55,349 nt of DNA from positions 1-55,349 of the forward strand of contig CANRCQ010000002.1 in assembly GCA_947629145.1 (NCBI GenBank), read 5' to 3'. The position numbers were made by a program, and so were the translations under genes. This document shows positions 1 through 8,348 of this stretch, piece after piece. The stretch's first letter is position 1. Each line of letters starts with the position of its first letter. Source of the DNA: an uncultured Clostridia bacterium. Its GTDB lineage: Bacteria > Bacillota > Clostridia > Christensenellales > UBA1242. The notes under the pieces were generated by a model. The model was not told where the DNA came from and did no database searches. It was given only the letters and a program-made list of their open reading frames with translations.

Positions 1-1201
1 GCAAAATCTCTTCATAATTTTGCAAATTGTTGACAATATCAAAAATTTGTGGGTGAAAATCCTTGTCATTTCTAACGCTTAAAACTCTTCCAATTTGCTG
101 TGTATAAACTTCAGGTGAAATTGTTGGTCTAAACAAAAAGCAACCATCAACATCACTGATGTGAATGCCTTCATTAAACATATCAACCGCAAGCATAATT
201 TTAAAACAGTCGGATTTGTCTTCTTCAAATGCTTTGATTGCCCGTTCAACGTCTTCTTTTTTGTCTTTATATGTTACTTGATAAATTTTGACATTTTTAT
301 TAACACCGCTAAGTAAACCTTTTTCAATCTCGTCTCTTAAAGATTGCAATTTTTCAGTATCTGTGCAAAAAGCAATAAATTTCCCATTTTTATTTTGGAT
401 TTTTCTCTCAAGTGTTTCTTTTAAGCCTTTTGCAAACTCAGGGTGTCTACGAAGTTCCTCAAGTTCTTTTTTATAAAGTTCCCGTGTCTTTTTGTCTTTT
501 ATTTCATCAATTTTGTCTTCAATGATTTTCGCAGTTTCTTCATAAGAACGCACAGCCATCACATATTCTGGATTTGGCAAAACACCTTCATGGATTGCTT
601 CTGCGACATTCAGTCCACGAACAATGTTGTCTCCAAACAATTCATCGCCCATATCGCGTCTTTTATCAAGATAACGAATTGGAGTTGCAGTAAGCCCCAA
701 AACTTTGGCATTTGGATTTGCACGTAAAACTCTTTGAGTGACTTTGCCACGACCTTCTGCACCCAATCTATGAAATTCGTCCAAAATTATGTAGTCAAAA
801 TCCAAAAGTTTCAGTTCTTCATCGGTCAAAAGTTTAAGTTGATCATATCTTGCAACAATAACATCGTCAAAAGGAACATTGAGTTCTTGGCACAACTTTT
901 CACACAGTTCATTAAAACGGAAAACAATGCCTTGCCTTGGCTCTAAAACAACAGCACGCTTTCTTTTGTATTGCCCGTCTTTTGTGAAAAATCCTTCTTT
1001 TGACGCGTCTACATCTCTGTTTGGCTTAAAAACATTATCATACAAAAACTGAAAAGCAACAAAAGACTTCCCCGTTCCCGTTGCTTGCACAATGCCAACG
1101 CGATTTTCGCCAGCTTCATAAAGTTCTTCCATCTCCAAATAGGTTGGGATGTTGTGGCCTTTCAGAATTCCTAATTTTTTAAGTTCCTGAATAGTTTTCA
1201 T
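1..1201 (-). CDS. SF2 helicase (DEAD/DEAH, ResIII-like), N-terminal ~400 aa; C-terminus lies beyond the left edge
   Basis: Absent from the ORF track because it has no stop inside the window. Manual minus-strand translation from ATG 1201..1199 is open to position 1: MKTIQELKKLGILKGHNIPTYLEMEELYEAGENRVGIVQATGTGKSFVAFQ... Motif I QATGTGKS, motif II ILDEFH, motif III LTATP, motif VI QQIGRVLS. Confidence 0.75.
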   Translation of the reverse strand, partial: MKTIQELKKLGILKGHNIPTYLEMEELYEAGENRVGIVQATGTGKSFVAFQFLYDNVFKPNRDVDASKEGFFTKDGQYKRKRAVVLEPRQGIVFRFNELCEKLCQELNVPFDDVIVARYDQLKLLTDEELKLLDFDYIILDEFHRLGAEGRGKVTQRVLRANPNAKVLGLTATPIRYLDKRRDMGDELFGDNIVRGLNVAEAIHEGVLPNPEYVMAVRSYEETAKIIEDKIDEIKDKKTRELYKKELEELRRHPEFAKGLKETLERKIQNKNGKFIAFCTDTEKLQSLRDEIEKGLLSGVNKNVKIYQVTYKDKKEDVERAIKAFEEDKSDCFKIMLAVDMFNEGIHISDVDGCFLFRPTISPEVYTQQIGRVLSVRNDKDFHPQIFDIVNNLQNYEEIL

Positions 1202-1276
1202 AAGTATATTATAACATAAATTACCTAAATTTTCAATACTTTCAACATCTTTTACTTAATTTCAGTCATAAAATTA

Positions 1277-1285
1277 TGCTATAAT
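1277..1285 (+). promoter_or_regulatory. Candidate extended -10 box (TGCTATAAT) reading into the CRISPR array
   Basis: TGCTATAAT matches TGnTATAAT about 40 nt upstream of the first (decayed) repeat. No good -35. Confidence 0.3.
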
Positions 1286-1325
1286 ATTAAAGTGCCCCCA
1301 CTCTTAAAACACCAGACGAATTGAC

Positions 1326-3009
1326 ATTTTAGTCCTTTTAATTTTCTCGATATGATAAATATTTCTTCCAAGACGTCGGAGATAAAGTATATTTTAGTTC
1401 CATTAATTTATTTGGTATGGTATAATCAAAACAACCGCTCTTCCAGCAGTTTCAAGCAATTTAGTTCCTTTATTGCGCTTGGTATGGTATAATACGATAA
1501 GGATTTATGCGTCGGTTATAGCGATTTTAGTCCCTTTATCTTTTGGTATGGTATAATTTTGCTGCTTCAAAAGCTGTATGTGTCCTAATTTTAGTTCCTT
1601 TATTTTGTTTGGTATGGTATAATGCACTTAAACTTAACCCCAAACAACTGGATATTTTAGTTCCTTTATTTTGTTTGGTATGGTATAATAAATACAAGTT
1701 TATGCAGCAAAAGTTCGAGATTTTAGTTCCTTTATTTTGTTTGGTATGGTATAATGTTGCAGATGATTTAACGGAAGAACAAATCATTTTAGTTCCTTTA
1801 TTTTGTTTGGTATGGTATAATTGACCCTGAAAAAGAGTTAAACGATTTAATATTTTAGTTCCTTTATTTTGTTTGGTATGGTATAATTTTTCTGTCATTG
1901 TTTGCATTGCTTTCATCATTTTAGTTCCTTTATTTTGTTTGGTATGGTATAATTGGAATAACATACGCAAAAAAGTTAGCGGAATTTTAGTTCCTTTATT
2001 TTGTTTGGTATGGTATAATGACAAACTTATTGTTTAATAACATTGTATAATTTTAGTTCCTTTATTTTGTTTGGTATGGTATAATTTGTTATGGGTTATT
2101 AACTAACTTTAAGTCATTTTAGTTCCTTTATTTTGTTTGGTATGGTATAATAAAGAAACCGCAACAAAAGAAGGCGACCTTATTTTAGTTCCTTTATTTT
2201 GTTTGGTATGGTATAATGATGCATAACTCAATGCTGTTGCCATAGTTATTTTAGTTCCTTTATTTTGTTTGGTATGGTATAATAAATTTAACATCTCAAT
2301 ATACTGGTTTAAAATTTTAGTTCCTTTATTTTGTTTGGTATGGTATAATTTTCATCTTCATTGGCAAGTGCTTTCTGCTATTTTAGTTCCTTTATTTTGT
2401 TTGGTATGGTATAATAATTATAGCAAAAGAGATGGGGCATTCTACATTTTAGTTCCTTTATTTTGTTTGGTATGGTATAATTATTATGAATTGGAAGAAC
2501 ATAAATATAAAATTTTAGTTCCTTTATTTTGTTTGGTATGGTATAATTAGCTTATGCGTGGTTTGTTTGGGAAAAGGATTTTAGTTCCTTTATTTTGTTT
2601 GGTATGGTATAATATTCCAACAACAAACATAAATCCAGATTTTATTTTAGTTCCTTTATTTTGTTTGGTATGGTATAATTTCTTTGGTATGTAGTGCAGT
2701 TATTTGCAGATTTTAGTTCCTTTATTTTGTTTGGTATGGTATAATAGATTGCAAACTTGAAACGCTGCTTTCTAAATTTTAGTTCCTTTATTTTGTTTGG
2801 TATGGTATAATTTCAAATCGTCAGTTCTATCAATCTTTTTAATTTTAGTTCCTTTATTTTGTTTGGTATGGTATAATAATATTTGGGAAAAACATCACGA
2901 ATTTTTGATTTTAGTTCCTTTATTTTGTTTGGTATGGTATAATATCAAAAAATACATTGACAACTCTTTTGAAATTTTAGTTCCTTTATTTTGTTTGGTA
3001 TGGTATAAT
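1326..3009 (+). CRISPR. CRISPR array, 26 repeats and 25 spacers, type II-C associated
   Basis: 36-nt consensus ATTTTAGTTCCTTTATTTTGTTTGGTATGGTATAAT. Repeat starts: 1326 (strongly decayed), 1391, 1458, 1524 (variants), then 22 identical copies at 1588+66n up to 2974. Spacers are unique, 30-31 nt. Plus-sense orientation is inferred from the GTTTTAG-like 5' end of the repeat and from the minus-strand tracrRNA anti-repeat. Confidence 0.97.
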
Positions 3010-3026
3010 AGAGGGCTAAAACAAAA

Positions 3027-3071
3027 GACCTACATCGTTGAATTTATCGATGATGTAGGCTTTTTGTTTTT
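3027..3071. terminator. Bidirectional intrinsic terminator between the array and cas2
   Basis: Stem CCTACATC (3029-3036) / GATGTAGG (3052-3059) followed by CTTTTTGTTTTT. An A-rich run on the left side serves the minus strand. Confidence 0.6.
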
Positions 3072-3131
3072 ATAGAGTTTTTTAAAAAAAATAGAAAAAT
3101 TTAACAAAAAATGATGATATTGAATGATTTT

Positions 3132-3458
3132 TTAGAAAAAAGATATTTGTCCTTCCAGGACTTTTTTATCCTTTTTCTTCACACCGCCCAAAAGAATATT
3201 CATGCCGGCATATTGTTTTTCGGTGATAATTAAACTCCTGACAGAGCCTTTAAAAGGCAGATGATTTTTGATACGTTCTTCATGTTGCTTAGCATTTTCG
3301 ATTGTCGAACAAATTCTGCCATAAAGAGAGAATTGAATCATATAAAATCCATCATCTATCAAAAATTTTCTAAATTGAGTCGCCTGGCGTGATTCTTCCT
3401 TCGTTTTAACAGGCAAATCAAAAAACACAAGAATTCTCATAATATTACTCATATTCAT
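3132..3458 (-). CDS. cas2: CRISPR-associated endoribonuclease Cas2
   Basis: 108 aa, MRILVFFDLPV N-terminal strand typical of Cas2, overlaps the cas1 stop, adjacent to the array. The true start may be one of the internal Met codons (e.g. 3440). Confidence 0.85.
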   Translation of the reverse strand: MNMSNIMRILVFFDLPVKTKEESRQATQFRKFLIDDGFYMIQFSLYGRICSTIENAKQHEERIKNHLPFKGSVRSLIITEKQYAGMNILLGGVKKKDKKVLEGQISFF

Positions 3459-4332
3459 GCATCTTTAATTCAATAAGTTGTGGAAATTTCAATTTATTTT
3501 GTTTTTCTTTCAAAGAATCAACAAAAGATTGAATAAAAATTTCAATAGCATATGCCAAAGTATATTTTCCATTTGCAATCACGCAATCACAATTTAAAAG
3601 GTTAAAGATTCTGGTTTTATAATAAGTATCAAAAGGCATTTCAGTGTTTTGATATACAAACAAATCCACGAAAGGGCGAAAAACTTCAATTAAATCATCC
3701 GCAAGATTAAAATTATTAAAAGTGTTGCAGTGTTTCAATCCTAAAAACGGCAAAAGTCCATGCGCAACAAGATTTCTTGCGATAATTCCCCTTAGAATTG
3801 AATAGCCGTAATTAAGAGCGTAATTTATGTCACAATCCAAATTTCTTGTAAAATTAGATTCAAAAAGCAGTTTAAAATATTTATTTGCAGCAACTGCTTC
3901 TATATTTGTGTTGTCGTTTGATTTAACCTTATCAATAAGTTCTTCAAGCATAGCCGCCTTGTTGCAAAGAATCAAACATTTATTTTGATTTTCAATTTTA
4001 TGTTTGACAATATCTTGCCAAAGTTGTTTTTTTAATGGCACGGAAAGTTCCGTTTGAATTTTAAACATTTTTGTTTGGCTATAATGAGTGTTGAAAGGCA
4101 AAAAATACGCACATGGCAAATGGTGTTCATCGCAAATAAACACTGCCACATTGTTTTTTGCAAGCAGGCTTAGTGTGTAAAGTGAGATGTTTGTTTGCAA
4201 ATTTTCAAAAACAATGGCATTTATATCTTCAACAGGAAAATCACTCTGTTTTAATTCATTTTTCAGCATCAATTGTCCATTTTTGATACTCACGTGCGAA
4301 TTTGAACCAACAAAAATATTATAAAAAGCCAT
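3445..4332 (-). CDS. cas1: CRISPR-associated integrase Cas1 (type II)
   Basis: 295 aa. Conserved Cas1 block NYALNYGYSILRGIIARNLVAHGLLPFLGLKHCN...LADDLIEVFRPFVD. Start overlaps the cas9 stop. Confidence 0.9.
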   Translation of the reverse strand: MAFYNIFVGSNSHVSIKNGQLMLKNELKQSDFPVEDINAIVFENLQTNISLYTLSLLAKNNVAVFICDEHHLPCAYFLPFNTHYSQTKMFKIQTELSVPLKKQLWQDIVKHKIENQNKCLILCNKAAMLEELIDKVKSNDNTNIEAVAANKYFKLLFESNFTRNLDCDINYALNYGYSILRGIIARNLVAHGLLPFLGLKHCNTFNNFNLADDLIEVFRPFVDLFVYQNTEMPFDTYYKTRIFNLLNCDCVIANGKYTLAYAIEIFIQSFVDSLKEKQNKLKFPQLIELKMHEYE

Positions 4333-7300
4333 CAGCAGAACTCCTTACGATTTTCCCTATCTATTTTTCTCACATTTCCAAGGATATCAACTTCATATTT
4401 TTCAATTTGCATTTTTTGGATTCCCTTACCCCTGGTTTCGTATTTCCCATCCGCTGTTTCAAAAGCAATTGACACGGTTGCCCTATCTGCCGAAATATAA
4501 TAAACAAACAAGTCATTCAACATAACTTTTTCTTTAACCGCCTTATTATCTCTTGGATAAAAGGCAATCGGCTCGTCAAGTTTAATATGAATCAAGTCAT
4601 TTTTGAAAAGTGAGAATTTAAAATCATATGTATTATCTAAGACTGGCCAATTTTTATATGGCCCTACTTTTGCAATTCTGTCTGGCATATGTTTTTTATA
4701 AAAATCAGCAACATATACTGGAATAAAATAGTTTTTTCCATTCTTTTCATATATGTCAATTCTTATCATAGAATTATTTTCAGCCAAGCCACCATTCACT
4801 TCAATTGCATCGCCAAGATATTTTTGCAACTTAACTGTTTTAACTTCATTTCTGCTGTTTGGATTGCGCGCTGGTTTATAGAATGGTTCTGCAAATGCCT
4901 TCTTCGCGTAATCGTGCGGATATTTTTCCTTGTATTCACGCAATTTATTTCTAAGGGCTTCATATAAAGCGCGGTCATCTTTTCTAAATTTTTCTGGATA
5001 ATTTTCAATTTCTCCATCTTTGTCCAATTTCAAATCTTGTATTTTTGTCTTTGTAACAGCAATCAATTTGTCATCCGTGGTCAATTTTTTGCTGCGAATT
5101 GTCTGTTTGTGTATTGCCCCAGTCACCTTGTGATTAACCATTCTGCTGACAAAAACTGGCTTCAAACTTTTCAGTTCATCTTCCGTATATCCATACTTGA
5201 AAAGTTCGTCTTTATGTTCCAAAACACATGGAGATATTCTTATTTCCAATTCCCTTTTAAAAGCATCAAATGGCATTTGATAATGATTTCCAAATTTTTC
5301 GCGAACTGCTTCTTCAGTGAAAATCTCTCCAGTTGATTTGTCCACAAACACATCTTCACTTCCTATCTTTTTAAGATTGTTGAAGTGCAAATATTGTGTC
5401 ACTCTTTGAATGATTCCATTGTCCACACAAGAAACAATGCAGGCATCCACGGCATGATGTAAATCACTTTCAAATCTCTCTTTTTTAATTCCCCAAATCT
5501 TTCTCAGGAAAGATGTAATTGCCCCATTGACAGGTCTAACAGGCTTTTTTGACAGTTTACTTTCGGCAAAAATCAAATATTTCTCAAACAAATCTTTCAT
5601 AAACTTTGCAATATATCGCGTATCATTAAGAGCGCGTGAATTAAGGTCTTTTTCTTGATTTTCACTCAATCCCTTCATCAAAAGTTTTTCAAGTTTTTTG
5701 TTTTTCTTTTTCCCAACAGGCAAATATGTTTGCAAAGCCCATGCTTCAAAATTTTTCCATCTTGTATCATCATTTCCAAAATATTCAAAAGGAATTCTGT
5801 TCCCTTTGCGTTGATTTTCACTTGCAAGCACCAAAACTTTGTTGTTAAAACTATCATCATAACAACGGCTGTATGGAATGATATGGTCGATTTGCGTGTT
5901 GTTGTTAAGAAAGACATTTTTCAAACTTCCAAACACACTAAGAAAACTCTTCTGGCTGTATGCACATTTGCCATTTTGTTGTTGATATAATTTGAATTTA
6001 ATAATATCTTGTCCGGTCGGCAAAGTGAATCCCAATTCTTTAAGTTGACTTATTGCCCTTTCATTTTCGGCAAAATTATTATTTTGCTGCTTTTCAATTT
6101 CTTTTCTTGCAGAAAAATCCTTGTTCATCTCGCGTGCAAGTTCAACATATATTGCACATGGCGAGCCATATTTATCAATGATTGCATTGACAACCTTGAT
6201 AGTTTGTGAAACAGAGCGCCTAACAACAGGAGATGTTATGTCTTTTAATTCTTCCAATTCGTTATATTTCAGTTTAATTTTTTTCTCTCCATTTTGAGAA
6301 GCCAGTCCTGCATTTTTGCACGCATCTGTATAAATAAAACCCTTTTCAAGTTCTGGATTAAGCATTTTTAAAGCCTTAATGCTTAAATTTCCAAATTTGT
6401 TTGCATCAAGTTCCAAAAGCGCTTGCATTTCTTCCTCCGTCAAACTTGTTTGTTTGCGCAAATATGCAAGTCTTCTTTCATCACTTTTGAAATAAGAAAG
6501 ACAATAGGCAATATCATTCAGCAAATCTTCATGCTCTTTTGGATTGTCCTTGTTTTTCAAACACTTCATAATTGCATAGGAAAATTTCCTTTCAACAAAA
6601 ATCCTGTCGTCATTATCACAGCCACTCTTGCCGCCAAACTTGACGTTTTCGTCAAGTTCTAGGATTTTTCTTACTTTTCCATATTTAACACTTTCAAAGT
6701 TCAAAAATGCATCAATAAGTTTTTCTCTTTGTTCCGCCGTCAACTTTTCGCCATTCAGTGTCATGTGATTTATATTGCAAAGGGCAGTGAAATATTCATA
6801 ACTAAACGATGCCTTAGGGGCTCTTTTTTCTTCTTTAAAGAAAGTGCACTGCCCCACATTAAACGAAACATGATATGGACTTGGATAACTTGGGCCTTCG
6901 TCATATGACCTTTGATAGTCAATCACATGAAGAACATCTTTAACAAATTTATCATCGATTTTTGTGTTTCCATATTTTCTCTGTGCTTCAAGAAGGGTTT
7001 TTGCTTCACTTAAAACATCTTCTCTACTCAATGTTTTTTCATATTTTCCAGATTCATTTCGTGTGTGATACACCGAATATTCTATTGTCGCTCCATCACA
7101 ATGTTTTTCACGCGTTTCGTGATATTTTTCATCTTTAAAATACATTTCCCCAACAGAGCGGAATTGTTTGATATTTTCACTATTCTCTTCAATAGCCTTT
7201 TTCATCTTGGAAGTTTCATTTTCTTTAAGTTCGGCCTTGCGATTGGACTTGAAGCCCCTGTGTTTGGCAATAGAATATATCACCCTTGCAAGCGAATTAT

Positions 7301-7625
7301 CATCAATTTTTTCATCAAGTGCCTTCATTCTTTGAGCATAAATGTCACATGGAGAAAAATCAATTTCCTTTCCGCCCAAAAGTTGAGTTTGCAAAAGTGC
7401 CTTTATTTTATCTAAACGCTCTCTTTTGCGCCTTATATTACGCCTTATTCCACGCGCAACACGCCTTTCAACAGATGGAGATTCCCCTGTGTCAGGCTTC
7501 TCTGCTGGTTCAAACTTTCTCACTCCCAAATCGACAATTTGGCAAGGTTCGTCATTTTCATCATGCTTCATAACGCACCAACCAACCGATGCAATTCCTA
7601 TGTCAAGTCCAATACGATATTTCAT
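4332..7625 (-). CDS. cas9: Cas9 endonuclease, compact type II-C (1097 aa)
   Basis: RuvC-I MKYRIGLDIGIASVGW, Arg-rich bridge helix RRVARGIRRNIRRKRERL, RuvC-II IYVELAREM, HNH QIDHIIPYSRCYDDSFNNKVLV, RuvC-III HHAVDACIV. Start placed at ATG 7625, preceded by GAAGGGGG. The track start at 7640 adds 5 aa. Confidence 0.95.
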   Translation of the reverse strand: MKYRIGLDIGIASVGWCVMKHDENDEPCQIVDLGVRKFEPAEKPDTGESPSVERRVARGIRRNIRRKRERLDKIKALLQTQLLGGKEIDFSPCDIYAQRMKALDEKIDDNSLARVIYSIAKHRGFKSNRKAELKENETSKMKKAIEENSENIKQFRSVGEMYFKDEKYHETREKHCDGATIEYSVYHTRNESGKYEKTLSREDVLSEAKTLLEAQRKYGNTKIDDKFVKDVLHVIDYQRSYDEGPSYPSPYHVSFNVGQCTFFKEEKRAPKASFSYEYFTALCNINHMTLNGEKLTAEQREKLIDAFLNFESVKYGKVRKILELDENVKFGGKSGCDNDDRIFVERKFSYAIMKCLKNKDNPKEHEDLLNDIAYCLSYFKSDERRLAYLRKQTSLTEEEMQALLELDANKFGNLSIKALKMLNPELEKGFIYTDACKNAGLASQNGEKKIKLKYNELEELKDITSPVVRRSVSQTIKVVNAIIDKYGSPCAIYVELAREMNKDFSARKEIEKQQNNNFAENERAISQLKELGFTLPTGQDIIKFKLYQQQNGKCAYSQKSFLSVFGSLKNVFLNNNTQIDHIIPYSRCYDDSFNNKVLVLASENQRKGNRIPFEYFGNDDTRWKNFEAWALQTYLPVGKKKNKKLEKLLMKGLSENQEKDLNSRALNDTRYIAKFMKDLFEKYLIFAESKLSKKPVRPVNGAITSFLRKIWGIKKERFESDLHHAVDACIVSCVDNGIIQRVTQYLHFNNLKKIGSEDVFVDKSTGEIFTEEAVREKFGNHYQMPFDAFKRELEIRISPCVLEHKDELFKYGYTEDELKSLKPVFVSRMVNHKVTGAIHKQTIRSKKLTTDDKLIAVTKTKIQDLKLDKDGEIENYPEKFRKDDRALYEALRNKLREYKEKYPHDYAKKAFAEPFYKPARNPNSRNEVKTVKLQKYLGDAIEVNGGLAENNSMIRIDIYEKNGKNYFIPVYVADFYKKHMPDRIAKVGPYKNWPVLDNTYDFKFSLFKNDLIHIKLDEPIAFYPRDNKAVKEKVMLNDLFVYYISADRATVSIAFETADGKYETRGKGIQKMQIEKYEVDILGNVRKIDRENRKEFC

Positions 7626-7646
7626 AAAAACCCCCTTCATCCTTTC

Positions 7647-7758
7647 AAAAAAGATAAGTCCGCATGGAAGACCAGCGGACTTAGAGCTTTGCGGGTCTCT
7701 AAAAGAGAATCCCCCTTGTTTTAGTAACTTTAATTTGTTTGGTATGGTATAAAGCTAC
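7647..7758 (-). ncRNA. tracrRNA: Predicted tracrRNA
   Basis: The minus-strand anti-repeat (7718-7753) pairs with 31 of 36 repeat positions. It is followed by AAGGGGGAUUCUCUUUUAGAGACCC (compare the UAAAAUAAGG nexus of SpyCas9 tracrRNA) and a terminator AAGUCCGC-loop-GCGGACUU-AUCUUUUUU ending near 7647. The 5' end is estimated from the promoter. Confidence 0.75.
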
Positions 7759-7763
7759 ATTAT

Positions 7764-7793
7764 TATATAACATATAAAAATACAAAAAGTCAA
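7764..7793 (-). promoter_or_regulatory. Sigma-A type promoter for tracrRNA
   Basis: Minus strand TTGACT (7793-7788), 18-nt spacer, then TGtTATATA (-10 hexamer 7769-7764). Confidence 0.5.
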
Positions 7794-7812
7794 TCAAATT
7801 GCTAATTTTTCA

Positions 7813-8340
7813 TCAAAGTTTTTTCTTATAAAAATTGGTGTCATCCCAATCAGGACAAAGTGGATTTACATAAGTTTTAAAACCATTGTTTTGCAGAACC
7901 TTGTTTGAGCCAACATTGTTTACATCGCACTGAGCAACAAGTTCGCTCATCCCCAAATCTTTTGCCCTTTCACAAATCAATTTTGCCAAAATTGTTGCAT
8001 AGCCCTTGTGCCTTTGTGAAGGCCTTGTTTTATACCAAATATTTCCGGAGTGTCTTTTCAAAAAGTTGTTTAAGCGAAGTCTAAGCCCACCCATACACAC
8101 AGGTTTTCCATCGACATACAAAACATATGTTTCATTTGGCAGCACGTTTCTTGACAAATTTAAAGAATATGCAATTTTCATTTTTGCATTTATTTCATCT
8201 TTGATTTGTTGTTTTGTTTTTCCATAAAATTCATTCGTCTGGTCAAATTCGTCTTTGTAAGGAATTTCTTGCAACATTTCATACAAATCGTCATTGACAT
8301 CAATCATATAAGGCCTTAGTTCAAGTAAAAGATATTCCAT
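7813..8340 (-). CDS. GNAT family N-acetyltransferase
   Basis: 175 aa. Acetyl-CoA binding-type segment RHKGYATILAKLICERAKDLG...NVGSNKVLQNNGF. Confidence 0.65.
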   Translation of the reverse strand: MEYLLLELRPYMIDVNDDLYEMLQEIPYKDEFDQTNEFYGKTKQQIKDEINAKMKIAYSLNLSRNVLPNETYVLYVDGKPVCMGGLRLRLNNFLKRHSGNIWYKTRPSQRHKGYATILAKLICERAKDLGMSELVAQCDVNNVGSNKVLQNNGFKTYVNPLCPDWDDTNFYKKKL

Positions 8341-8348
8341 ATTTTCCC

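Noticed and set aside
1361-2973. Self-targeting spacers against this window
   Set aside because: Reading the 25 spacers against the window by eye gave no recognisable match. This is not exhaustive and needs a computational search.
1536-3075. Track ORFs 1536..2024(-), 1543..1824(+), 2109..2294(-), 2269..2550(+) and 2797..3075(+), with repeating peptides LYHTKQNKGTKI / ILVPLFCLVWYN
   Set aside because: They are translations of the CRISPR repeats in two strands. The periodic identical peptide every 22 codons is the 66-nt repeat-spacer unit, not a protein.
3132-7625. Possibility of a type II-A or II-B locus
   Set aside because: No csn2 or cas4 ORF lies between cas9 and the array. Gene order, Cas9 size and repeat promoters fit II-C.
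7626-7640. Longer N-termini given by the track for cas9, spo0A (to 25069), spoVG (from 13820), murC, sleB, veg, acpP, the LysM protein and others
   Set aside because: The track takes the longest ORF, including GTG/TTG starts. Downstream starts with good Shine-Dalgarno spacing and homology-consistent N-termini were preferred.
7718-7753. Solitary degenerate CRISPR repeat upstream of cas9
   Set aside because: Better explained as the tracrRNA anti-repeat. It has its own promoter on the minus strand, a nexus-like AAGG sequence and a strong terminator downstream.
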